Part shown: positions 8,765 through 17,219 of the stretch, piece by piece
How the letters are laid out: each line of letters opens with the position of its first letter
How positions within the stretch are numbered: position 1 is the first letter of the stretch
From: a virus
Length of the DNA: 54,836 nucleotides
Strand: one strand, 5' to 3'
Virus record (IMG/VR): IMGVR_UViG_3300024988_000006
Program-made: the position numbers and the translations under genes
Notes under the pieces: generated by a model
What the model was told of the DNA's origin: nothing
The model's input: the letters and a program-made list of their open reading frames with translations, nothing else
Database searches by the model: none

Positions 8765-8775
8765 CGTGGGCGTAT

Positions 8776-10593
8776 TTAACCTTCGCACGCAATGCAAACA
8801 TCATCATTAACAATTGCTGTTAAGTCGATATCGTCTTCGATGCGCATACGGGCAACTTTCTGCGAAACCTTTTCGGTGTTTACCAACTTCTCGGTTCGAA
8901 CATAATACATTGTTTTAACACCCTTCTTCCAAGCAGCAAAATGAATTGCATGTAAGCGTTTGACGCTGATATCTGGACGAATAAAAATATTAAAACTTTG
9001 ACCTTGGTCGATATCTTGCTGACGATCAGCAACGTGTTCAACAGCCCACATCATATCAAGCTCCGGAGCGGTTTTGAATACGTCCTTTTCCAGATCAGTA
9101 AAACATTTTATGTTTTGAACACTTCCCTCATCTTGAACAATCTTCAGCCACGTTGCATCATAATCCTCACACTCACCAGCTTCGACTTTACGTTTAATCA
9201 TTTCATCAAGATATTTGTTCTTTTGAATAAATGTGCCCGACATCGTATCTTGGCGGAAAGCATTTGCACGCCAAGGTTCAATACTCGGAGACACATTTCC
9301 GCAAATTAGTGCGTTGGTAGCTGTTGGAGCAATGGCTTGCATGTGAGCAAATCGGAGTCCAGTACCCTCAAGTAGCAATGGTGAACCACGTTCGGCACCA
9401 AGCTCAATATTTACACGGTTCAGTGTGGCTTTAATTGTTTTGAAAATCTTGTTATTGATTGATTTTGCCATCACTCCCTCAAATGGCACCATCTTTTGCT
9501 GGAGGTAGGAATGGAATCCCATAACACCCAAACCAACACTGCGTTCTTCAACGGCCGATTTAATTGCTCGGGCCACTTCTTTGGGTGCGTTTTCGATGAA
9601 ATATGTTAAAACATTGTCCAACATCATCATCACGTCCTTGAAGAATTGGTAATTATCCTTATACGAATCCCAACGATCAAGGTTCAACGAACTCAAGCAG
9701 CAAACCGCTGTACGAAGTGCATCTGTCCAGAGAGTAATCTCACTGCAAAGGTTGGATTGGACTACTTTATAACCGTGTTTCTTTAAATAATCAGGAATTG
9801 TTTTATTGACGTTATCGACAAACATGATATATGGTTCGCCGCGCCCTTGCCCTGCCCTAAATTCGAGAATTTTTGTCCAAATTTCGCGAGCACTAACCGT
9901 TTCGTGAACTTTTCCACTAGTCGGGTCACGAAGTTCCCACGAATCGTCAAATTCTGCATCTTTCATACTAGCTTCAATAATATTCATAAAGCTGTCAGGA
10001 ATACTGACTCCGTAATGAAGGTTCAGACATTTACGCCGTTGGTCGCCGGTTTCTTTGCGCATATCCAAGAATTCCATAATATCTGGGTGACTGACATCCA
10101 AATACATAGCATACGCACCGCGACGCGTTGTGCCTTGTTTGTAGGCTAAACACGAATCGTCATACACCTTCATATGTGGAATAACACCTACAGATTTTTC
10201 GTCTTCGCCGCGAACAGCCCAGTAAACACCAACGCCACCGCCAAGCATACTTAGCCAATTTGTTTCAGCTAAACTGTCGACAAGACCTTTTTTAGAATCG
10301 GGCACATTGACAAGAAAACATGAAATGGGTAGTCCATTCGAATTTCTGCCCATCGAGAGAATTGGTGTTGCATAACCAAACCACAACTGGCTTGCGTAAT
10401 CATATAATCGTTGAGCGTGGTCTTTGTCGTTTGCGAATAATGCACTAACATATGCATATCGTTCTTGGGGGCTGGTCTCGCCATCCATCATATACGAGTC
10501 AGCCAAACGTTCTTTGCCGATGATGTCGAGCAAATCGTCACGACTAGGATCAATTTCAATTGAAAAGCCGCGAGATGTTTTATATTCTGCCAT
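8776..10593 (-). CDS. nrdA: ribonucleotide reductase class Ia alpha subunit (no ATP-cone)
   Basis: ATPILS, PISCF, GGGVG, SNLCSEI, VCCLSS, IAPTAT, KTMYY and C-terminal CIACEG. Confidence 0.95.
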   Translation of the reverse strand: MAEYKTSRGFSIEIDPSRDDLLDIIGKERLADSYMMDGETSPQERYAYVSALFANDKDHAQRLYDYASQLWFGYATPILSMGRNSNGLPISCFLVNVPDSKKGLVDSLAETNWLSMLGGGVGVYWAVRGEDEKSVGVIPHMKVYDDSCLAYKQGTTRRGAYAMYLDVSHPDIMEFLDMRKETGDQRRKCLNLHYGVSIPDSFMNIIEASMKDAEFDDSWELRDPTSGKVHETVSAREIWTKILEFRAGQGRGEPYIMFVDNVNKTIPDYLKKHGYKVVQSNLCSEITLWTDALRTAVCCLSSLNLDRWDSYKDNYQFFKDVMMMLDNVLTYFIENAPKEVARAIKSAVEERSVGLGVMGFHSYLQQKMVPFEGVMAKSINNKIFKTIKATLNRVNIELGAERGSPLLLEGTGLRFAHMQAIAPTATNALICGNVSPSIEPWRANAFRQDTMSGTFIQKNKYLDEMIKRKVEAGECEDYDATWLKIVQDEGSVQNIKCFTDLEKDVFKTAPELDMMWAVEHVADRQQDIDQGQSFNIFIRPDISVKRLHAIHFAAWKKGVKTMYYVRTEKLVNTEKVSQKVARMRIEDDIDLTAIVNDDVCIACEG

Positions 10594-10624
10594 ATTGTTT
10601 CCTTATTATTATTGTTTTATTTAA

Positions 10625-11032
10625 TTACACTACTAATTTATATGTAGGAATACCATGCTTTTTAAGGTACTCAATTCCATCGTCATTACGGTACACTTCA
10701 CCATAATATACTTCTTTTATTTTTGCATCAACAATTCGAGGAGCACACAGAATACATGGCGCTGTGGTGACAAACATGGTTGCTCCAACAGCCGATTCTG
10801 TGGATCGAGTTAATTTGCGAAGAGCATTATCTTCCGCATGAATTACTTCAACTTTGGTTACGCCGTCGCACTCACAACAGTTATCCTCACCTTTCGGTGT
10901 ACCGTTGTATCCAAATGCTATTGGAGAGTCATCCTTGACGAGAAGGCATCCTACTTTTCTTCTCGTGCAATGCGATAATTTTGCGTATACATGCGCAACT
11001 TCCATGTGCGCTATTTCATATTTTGATTTCAT
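10625..11032 (-). CDS. dCMP deaminase
   Basis: S-x-C-x-RRKVGC, GYNG, HAEDNA and PCILC Zn motifs. Confidence 0.92.
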   Translation of the reverse strand: MKSKYEIAHMEVAHVYAKLSHCTRRKVGCLLVKDDSPIAFGYNGTPKGEDNCCECDGVTKVEVIHAEDNALRKLTRSTESAVGATMFVTTAPCILCAPRIVDAKIKEVYYGEVYRNDDGIEYLKKHGIPTYKLVV

Positions 11033-11150
11033 TGTAGTTCTATTTATAGTCCTGTCTCAATGGAGCAATAACCCCATAATTTTGTTATATTTTTAAGACA
11101 ACATATTTACGATACAATATCATAAAATTTAAATCAATCGTTTTTTGATG

Positions 11151-11179
11151 TTGACCTCGGCGCACGTTTAATATAAAAT
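11151..11179 (+). promoter_or_regulatory. sigma70-type promoter
   Basis: TTGACC, 17-nt spacer, TAAAAT, upstream of the RNA ligase. Confidence 0.7.
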
Positions 11180-11211
11180 GTCCCCTATTATTGAAATTTA
11201 AAGGTTTAAAA

Positions 11212-12186
11212 ATGAGAAAGTTTACATCTATCGGACAATTCAGAAATGTGGTTGCTACTATTACCAACTACTACAACAAAATTCATTCCCCACATAAGAT
11301 CCCGACTCTCACGTTCATCGGAACTGTGAAGTTGCATGGTACTAATGCAGGATTACGGCGCTATCATGGAAAATTCCAGCCACAATCTCGTGAGCAGATT
11401 ATCGGTGTGGACAGTGACAATGCTGGATTTGCTAGATTCATTGCTGGTATTCCTGAGGACAAGCTAAATGCCTTGTTTGATCAGTTTTCAGCTGATCCCA
11501 ATGCCGACGTCTATTTGTATGGTGAGTGGGCTGGTAAAGGCATTCAAGACACCGTTGCGGTTGCTGGTCTCGATAAACATTGGGTTTTGTTTAATGCTAC
11601 CGTAAACGATAAGTACGTTGACATGTATGATTACAAGGACGTGTTTGATCACGATAACAGCATCTATAACATTTTTGAAATTCCGTATTACAAAATTGTT
11701 GTAGATTTCAAGAATCCTGCTCAAAGCATTCCCGAAATCGAACAGTTGACGCTTGCTGTTGAAGAGCAGTGTCCATGGGCGTTGAAGTTCGGCGTAGAGG
11801 GTATTGGAGAAGGTATTGTTTGGACGTGTGTAGAGCGGCCACATGATAGTGATTTGTTCTTCAAAACCAAAGGGACGAAGCACAGCAAGTCTAAAGTTCG
11901 CAAAGTTGCAACTGTTGACATCGAACGCGTGAATAGCATCAATGCTCTAGTGGACCTTGTAGTAACCACAGGACGTTTGGCGCAAGGGATCGATGTTCTT
12001 GTTAATCAAATGCACTTGGAACTTGATTCAAAAAATATGGGTGAGTATTTGAAATGGGTGGCAAATGATGTTATGAAAGAAGAAACTGATACCATTACAG
12101 AAAACGGTTTCGCATGGAAAGACATTGCAAAACAAGTCACCACCAAAGCTCGCGAATTTTTCTTTGCCAAAATGAATGAGTTTTGA
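11212..12186 (+). CDS. Rnl2-family RNA ligase
   Basis: Motif I KLHGTN, QSR, motif III YGEWAG, motif IV GEGIVW, motif V FKTK. Confidence 0.85.
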   Translation: MRKFTSIGQFRNVVATITNYYNKIHSPHKIPTLTFIGTVKLHGTNAGLRRYHGKFQPQSREQIIGVDSDNAGFARFIAGIPEDKLNALFDQFSADPNADVYLYGEWAGKGIQDTVAVAGLDKHWVLFNATVNDKYVDMYDYKDVFDHDNSIYNIFEIPYYKIVVDFKNPAQSIPEIEQLTLAVEEQCPWALKFGVEGIGEGIVWTCVERPHDSDLFFKTKGTKHSKSKVRKVATVDIERVNSINALVDLVVTTGRLAQGIDVLVNQMHLELDSKNMGEYLKWVANDVMKEETDTITENGFAWKDIAKQVTTKAREFFFAKMNEF

Positions 12187-12607
12187 AGTGAGCAAAACAC
12201 GTAAACTGTCAACTCACCAGCTGATTGGGGCGCCGCTCGATTGGGCGGTTGCCACAGCTTTGGGCGAAACTGAAGCAGATATGCCATTTGCGCAGTGGGA
12301 CACAAAAGCTATTGTTATTGATCATTACAATTTGCCGTTTTCAAATAGAACAGGCCGGACGTTTAGTCCTTCAACAAATTGGAACGAAGGTGGTCCGATT
12401 ATAAGTGCTTTGGGAATGGAATTTGTCCTCCAAGATGAAGAATCAGACGTAATATGGGCAATTCCTGCACGAACGATTTTAGAAAGAGTTAGGGCTAAAA
12501 AAGAGTGGCAAGGTTGTTATGGACCAACGCATCTTGTTGCTGCAATGAGGTGTTTTGTACTTAATGAATTGGGTGAGGAAATTGACGTTCCAGAGGAACT
12601 TTTATGA
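12176..12607 (+). CDS. NinX/DUF2591-family protein
   Basis: L-x-G-x-x-LDWAVA, FSPSTNW...GGPII and GPTHLVAAMRC. Confidence 0.8.
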   Translation: MSFEVSKTRKLSTHQLIGAPLDWAVATALGETEADMPFAQWDTKAIVIDHYNLPFSNRTGRTFSPSTNWNEGGPIISALGMEFVLQDEESDVIWAIPARTILERVRAKKEWQGCYGPTHLVAAMRCFVLNELGEEIDVPEELL

Positions 12608-13011
12608 AAATCAACACAGATCAATTGATTGGTTCTGCTCTCGACTGGGCAGTTGGACATGCAAACGGTTGGATAACGTACCCGACGGATTCGATTGAGC
12701 GCGGGTCAGTTTTCCACACAGACTCGTCCGTTGCGCCGTTCGGAAGAACAATAGACGTGGCTGAGTGGAAGCCATCAACCAATCCCGCTCAGGCATGGCC
12801 AATCATTGAGCGAGAAAGACTTAATTTTTTGGACAACGGAGACAGTATTTCCGCATACTATTCGCGTGGTCAAACTGTTTGCCAAAGATGGGGTGGTCCA
12901 ACGCATCTGGTTGCCGCAATGCGATGCTATATCGCATCCAAATTGGGTGATGAAGTGGATGTTCCCAATAACACAATCGGTGATATGCTACTGCGGATTA
13001 ACCAACGGTAG
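12604..13011 (+). CDS. NinX/DUF2591-family protein (tandem paralogue)
   Basis: LIGSALDWAV, WKPSTNPAQAWPIIERE and GPTHLVAAMRC. Confidence 0.8.
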   Translation: MKINTDQLIGSALDWAVGHANGWITYPTDSIERGSVFHTDSSVAPFGRTIDVAEWKPSTNPAQAWPIIERERLNFLDNGDSISAYYSRGQTVCQRWGGPTHLVAAMRCYIASKLGDEVDVPNNTIGDMLLRINQR

Positions 13012-13023
13012 GAGTAATTAAAA

Positions 13024-13881
13024 ATGAGTGAACAAGTGAATAGCGTAGGTGAGATGGTGGCGGCACGCACTTTCATCGACAAGAATGGTGGTTATCAAAC
13101 GATTAGAACTGGTGTCGATAAGGAGGCGCACGATGCCTGGCAACAAGTTACAAGCTGGGGCCTTAGCCGCGATGATTTTATTAGGCTGTCTTATTTCAAC
13201 GGCGACTTGGATAATGGTTCGGACGGAAGTAGCCCGGTAAATGGGTATGGAAATCATTCAAGTGATGTCGTCTATCGCGATGGTAATTCGGCGCTGACGC
13301 GGGATATGGTGTCCGAGTGGCTGTCCCACTATACAGCATTTGTTGATGGATACAGAATCCGAGCAAAGCAAGACGCAACACGAATCGAGGAGTTAGAAGC
13401 CGAACATGAGCAACGCAGGTCCGACCCCTATGCCCACTTGAAAGCAGCTGCGACTGATCCGACGAAGCAAGTGCAATTAATCGGTGTTTTACCCGTAATT
13501 CAATCGGGATGGCAGGATTCTGGATACCCCTGGCGGTGGAATTGGCCACCAGATTCATACGAAATCCGCGACAAGCCGGTGGCGAATACGCTGCCGGTGG
13601 CGTGGATCGGTTTTGATTCTGAGGGAGGAGCAGTCACAACCACCAAAAACCATGAGCGTATTGATCTTGAGCAACGTGGATTTGTGATGCACCCGCTTGG
13701 CTACCTCACCACACCCTCTGTATCTGCAAATAAAGTGCCGAATGAAACACAGGTGGCGGACGTTACGAAAGACGGGAGTGGGAGTGCCCTTCGGGAGACT
13801 CGCCATATTGCCAAGGGGCAATTGGAGTTCTTTCGTGAGATGAGGGCCGTTGGAGCACCCAAACCTGGAGAACAGTCATGA
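13024..13881 (+). CDS. hypothetical mosaic protein in a GC-richer patch
   Basis: AGGAG RBS; 285-aa ORF with a PVAW...PLGY segment typical of mosaic temperate-phage accessory proteins. Confidence 0.65.
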   Translation: MSEQVNSVGEMVAARTFIDKNGGYQTIRTGVDKEAHDAWQQVTSWGLSRDDFIRLSYFNGDLDNGSDGSSPVNGYGNHSSDVVYRDGNSALTRDMVSEWLSHYTAFVDGYRIRAKQDATRIEELEAEHEQRRSDPYAHLKAAATDPTKQVQLIGVLPVIQSGWQDSGYPWRWNWPPDSYEIRDKPVANTLPVAWIGFDSEGGAVTTTKNHERIDLEQRGFVMHPLGYLTTPSVSANKVPNETQVADVTKDGSGSALRETRHIAKGQLEFFREMRAVGAPKPGEQS

Positions 13882-14159
13882 GCGTGGAACAGAGAACACC
13901 AACCAATAGTCCGATCCTCACACTTGAGCGATTGCTTGCCGAGTCACAGGCACGGGAGGCAAAGCTACGCGACACTCTGAAACTCATTGAATCTGTTGGC
14001 CGTTTGGCATACAAGAAAATGGACGTTCCAGAGGCAGAACCTTTGTTGAATGGTCCGGCAGGCGGTCTGTTTTATGATACCAGTGAAAGACTCGTGGGAA
14101 TAGTGGCCATAGCAGCACAAGCACTTACTACCGTAAAGAGAGTGCCCGACAAAGAATAA
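13878..14159 (+). CDS. hypothetical protein
   Basis: GGAG RBS; ATGA overlap. Confidence 0.65.
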   Translation: MSVEQRTPTNSPILTLERLLAESQAREAKLRDTLKLIESVGRLAYKKMDVPEAEPLLNGPAGGLFYDTSERLVGIVAIAAQALTTVKRVPDKE

Positions 14160-14170
14160 ACGCAACCCTC

Positions 14171-14178
14171 AATAAATA
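14171..14178 (+). promoter_or_regulatory. T4-like late promoter box
   Basis: AATAAATA about 25 nt before ATG 14203; the same box recurs before structural genes. Confidence 0.6.
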
Positions 14179-14202
14179 CGGTTTTATTGATAAGGCACCT
14201 AA

Positions 14203-14667
14203 ATGAAATTGGACGAAATTGTAATTCATAAACTTGTTAGCAACGATACATTCATTGAGGAATTACGTGATTTGTTTGACAGAGCTGTTATGCCTGCATT
14301 TGTTGCAAAGATAATGGAGCTCAATTCGGGCGAAAACACTCCAGCGGCAGAACGCGAACGTCTTGTATTACGCGACGAAATTGCTCAAATTAAAGACATG
14401 CTCACAAAAACTTCGTTAAAACAATCAACAGGACGACAATTTATGCGAGGTAAATTAACTGAGTGGAAGAAAAATCACAAAAGAGCAAAAGATTTTATTT
14501 GGTCAGGTCGCCGAAACAAGGCCTTGACATGGAACAAGTACAATATCGATCTCTACAGTGGTAACGTAAGAGCTTACGGTGAACTGATGCAGTGGTTTAA
14601 AACAATGAAGTACAATAAATTTGTTGATAAAGACCTCGAAACGGGGATAATTACTCCAATTAGTTAA
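14203..14667 (+). CDS. putative late, head-packaged protein
   Basis: Late box upstream; MKLDEI N-terminus. Confidence 0.65.
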   Translation: MKLDEIVIHKLVSNDTFIEELRDLFDRAVMPAFVAKIMELNSGENTPAAERERLVLRDEIAQIKDMLTKTSLKQSTGRQFMRGKLTEWKKNHKRAKDFIWSGRRNKALTWNKYNIDLYSGNVRAYGELMQWFKTMKYNKFVDKDLETGIITPIS

Positions 14668-14678
14668 ATATCGGTTAA

Positions 14679-14911
14679 GTGTTGACTATAGCAGGCTAGC
14701 TTAAAAATGCGTCATTTTCTTTGACGAGCGTGCCCCCTGTGATTTAGTTTGGCAGTCGGGATAACCAAGCCCCGGAGAGCAATCTGTAAGTCGATTGTAG
14801 TTGGAGGATATAAGTGGCAAGCGGGAACAGCAAACTCGAGTAATGTTGTGAACCTTGTCCATTCCAATAACACAAACGCAAGCAAGTGCGAAGCTGAATA
14901 AGTCAACACCA
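14679..14911 (+). ncRNA. candidate structured non-coding RNA of unknown class (~230 nt)
   Basis: No credible ORF. Closing helix GTGTTGACT/AGTCAACAC, several internal hairpins with G-U pairs that form on the + strand, 3' ACCA followed by T-rich sequence. Confidence 0.6.
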
Positions 14912-14947
14912 TTTTATTAATGTTGTTTAAGATTGAGGCAAACGAAC

Positions 14948-15124
14948 ATGACTTCTGGCGAAAAGGATGCGTTATTGGCTCATCTAGAACTCAACTTTTT
15001 AATTTTGATAGACGCACACACAAAAGCAGGAAATATTGAAGAAGATTCTGTTGACGATATTTTGGAAGATGTGTATGATATTTTAAATGATCTGGACGAA
15101 GTCGTTTCACCAACAGAGTCCTAA
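14948..15124 (+). CDS. small acidic protein
   Basis: GAGG RBS before ATG 14948; D/E-rich C-terminal half. Confidence 0.55.
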   Translation: MTSGEKDALLAHLELNFLILIDAHTKAGNIEEDSVDDILEDVYDILNDLDEVVSPTES

Positions 15125-15180
15125 TCAATCGGCGGTGCACTAAGCACTATTTCATCAACCTCGCATGAGGAGTAGTAAAA

Positions 15181-15474
15181 ATGGCAAAACCAGAGTATAA
15201 TCGTAGTAACCGTAGCAATTCCAACGAGCGCGAAGCTGTTGATGTTCAACGAGTGGTTGATCACCTCAACCATGCATTCGCTGTAGCAACCAAAGATATG
15301 GGCAGGCCTGCTCGTGTGGCTGTGGAGGGGAGTGATGTTCTTGTTCCCAACAAATTGTACCAACTCCAAGTTGATTTTAGCTACATGATTAACGAGATTG
15401 TTCGTGGTCCTCGTTATATTGCACCAAAAATCATTGCAGACTGCAATGAACTGATTGCGAAGTGTAGCAAATAA
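15181..15474 (+). CDS. hypothetical protein
   Basis: GAGGAG RBS; ends before a terminator. Confidence 0.7.
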   Translation: MAKPEYNRSNRSNSNEREAVDVQRVVDHLNHAFAVATKDMGRPARVAVEGSDVLVPNKLYQLQVDFSYMINEIVRGPRYIAPKIIADCNELIAKCSK

Positions 15475-15489
15475 AGCAACCCAGTACCA

Positions 15490-15520
15490 TAAAAAAGAGG
15501 CCCGCCGGGCCTCTTTTTTA
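15490..15520. terminator. bidirectional intrinsic terminator
   Basis: TAAAAAAGAGGCCC-GCC-GGGCCTCTTTTTTA. Confidence 0.88.
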
Positions 15521-15937
15521 TGGAAAACCTATAAGAATTACTTGGCCTGTGAAATTGGTCGAAAACCTAATTTCAACAGTATTTGCGTCCAAAATTATTT
15601 CACTTTGTGGAATAATCTTTGCATATGTGCCGCCGCCATCGTCCACATAAGTAGTGATTTGTATAGAAGTAGTACCAAGATTGTGTGCAACCGTCCATGT
15701 CGTAGCTGGAGTAGACTGTAAGTGTTTGTGGGTTACCGTGCTGCTGTTCGGAGGCAATGAAATAGATTGCCACGATGATGCGTTGTTGTAAACATACAAA
15801 CCGTCCGTTGCTGGAACACCCGCATTTAAAAAGAAAAGTTCGCCGACATCAGGCAAAGATGGAAATGCACTTCCTGATGCAATGACCGAATTCAGTATTT
15901 CAGACCCTTCTGCAAGGTCGACGCCGTACATTTTCAT
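15518..15937 (-). CDS. virion accessory protein with a W-x-V-x-HNLG domain
   Basis: C-terminal TTWTVAHNLG...IIPQS domain shared with the fibre-cluster genes; late box upstream. Confidence 0.75.
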   Translation of the reverse strand: MKMYGVDLAEGSEILNSVIASGSAFPSLPDVGELFFLNAGVPATDGLYVYNNASSWQSISLPPNSSTVTHKHLQSTPATTWTVAHNLGTTSIQITTYVDDGGGTYAKIIPQSEIILDANTVEIRFSTNFTGQVILIGFP

Positions 15938-15973
15938 AATATGCTTACCCTATATGGTTTTTGTGTTTATTTT

Positions 15974-15985
15974 TATTTATAAATA
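15974..15985. promoter_or_regulatory. overlapping divergent late promoters
   Basis: The palindrome TATTTATAAATA gives a perfect TATAAATA on each strand between divergent genes. Confidence 0.75.
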
Positions 15986-15999
15986 TCAAAGGAGTGAAT

Positions 16000-16593
16000 A
16001 TGAGAATATCGGACATTTTACAAAACAAAAATACTGGCCCCTTAACAGAACACGAGCTGAAACTGTTAAAATCATGTACCCAATTTTTACACGAATCCTG
16101 TGGGCAACCATTATTAAAAAATCTATCACCAACATACAACAACTTTGCCAAAGTCAAGGTTCGTTTTCACGGGCGGCGTGACGCATTTATAGATACCTTC
16201 AATGAAGCCCTTGAAGACAAATTTAACGTGTCCAATTTACACCAGCGGGCCATATTTGCCAACGGTATAAAGTCATTTGCTGTAAACGAAGGCGCTGAAG
16301 CATTTTACATATTCCCCAAAAATGGGTACAACTTTATGTACAGCAAAGAAGTGGTCAACTCAAACGTAGAATACAAGCACACATTTGAGAACCTATTTGA
16401 GCAGTTTGGGGAGGATGGGGATCATGTTGCTACCATTGTTGCCGATTTGCTGCAATATACATACACGTCAGTGGCACTAAACGAAGGAATTAATGTAGGG
16501 GCTGAAATAATTTTATACAATGTACCCTTTTACTATGCAGTTAAACAATCAACGGTTGAAAATTATCAATCGTTGTTATCGTTATTGAAATAA
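16000..16593 (+). CDS. putative late, head-packaged protein
   Basis: AAGGAG RBS before ATG 16000; MRISDIL...LTE N-terminus; TATAAATA upstream. Confidence 0.7.
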   Translation: MRISDILQNKNTGPLTEHELKLLKSCTQFLHESCGQPLLKNLSPTYNNFAKVKVRFHGRRDAFIDTFNEALEDKFNVSNLHQRAIFANGIKSFAVNEGAEAFYIFPKNGYNFMYSKEVVNSNVEYKHTFENLFEQFGEDGDHVATIVADLLQYTYTSVALNEGINVGAEIILYNVPFYYAVKQSTVENYQSLLSLLK

Positions 16594-16635
16594 GATATTA
16601 TATATTTAAATTCATAATAACAAAGGAGATTGAGA

Positions 16636-16866
16636 ATGGCTCTCGATTATGTAGAACACGTGTTCGGTCCAGGTGAAACAATTCAGGCTATCATAAGAAA
16701 GAATAATCACATGGCCATGTCAAGCAAAATGTTACAAACATTAACTAATCGTTACAACGAACTCAACGAAAACAAAATACCTCGGCCGGGAGATAGGGTT
16801 AGAATACCACTATTTGTTGGATTTGTTGGAATGCCACAAAAAGAAAAGAGTTATACAAATGGTTGA
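16636..16866 (+). CDS. LysM-like small protein
   Basis: HVFGPGETIQAI...N...PRPGDRVRIP follows the LysM pattern; start at 16630 (TTG) or 16636. Confidence 0.55.
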   Translation: MALDYVEHVFGPGETIQAIIRKNNHMAMSSKMLQTLTNRYNELNENKIPRPGDRVRIPLFVGFVGMPQKEKSYTNG

Positions 16867-17203
16867 TATTCCTTTCGTTGTCGATGACATCATAATGCGT
16901 GTTGAACGCAATCCCGTTGCATGGAAGTATGCTAAATATGTGGCTAACGTGTGCTTTATTTTGGGTACATTAATGATGATTAGCCCACAGATTGCATCAC
17001 AATCAACATTACCGTGGAAGTTATACTTTGCGGGTAATTTGGTGTGGGCAGTCGATTCACTCTTGTTTAGAAACTGGGCATGGGTATTAATGGGTTCGTT
17101 TTTTGCGGGATGGGACGTACTTTTAATCATTACTAGGGTAATGGGTGTCGAGCTTTTGCCGTATTTTGCACCCGTAATTAAAATAATAGAGAAATTTATC
17201 TAA
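16859..17203 (+). CDS. membrane protein with several TM helices
   Basis: Multiple hydrophobic, Trp-rich segments. Confidence 0.65.
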   Translation: MVDIPFVVDDIIMRVERNPVAWKYAKYVANVCFILGTLMMISPQIASQSTLPWKLYFAGNLVWAVDSLLFRNWAWVLMGSFFAGWDVLLIITRVMGVELLPYFAPVIKIIEKFI

Positions 17204-17219
17204 ATAAGGAGAATAAGAA

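Noticed and set aside
8019-8775. Group I intron around the endonuclease
   Set aside because: nrdA ends intact (CIACEG) and nrdB starts intact; there is no room or P/Q/R/S core for an intron, so the gene is free-standing.
14679-14911. Calling the structured region a tRNA, tmRNA, RNase P RNA or cobalamin riboswitch
   Set aside because: No T-arm (TTCRA) before the acceptor-like stem, no GGGG 5' end or tag ORF, and no GAGGAAAGTCC. TGCCCCCTGT and AAGCCCCGGAGA only loosely echo B12-element words, and the core is missing.
14712-14912. 66-aa minus-strand ORF over the candidate ncRNA
   Set aside because: No RBS, antisense to both flanking genes, and no recognisable protein features.
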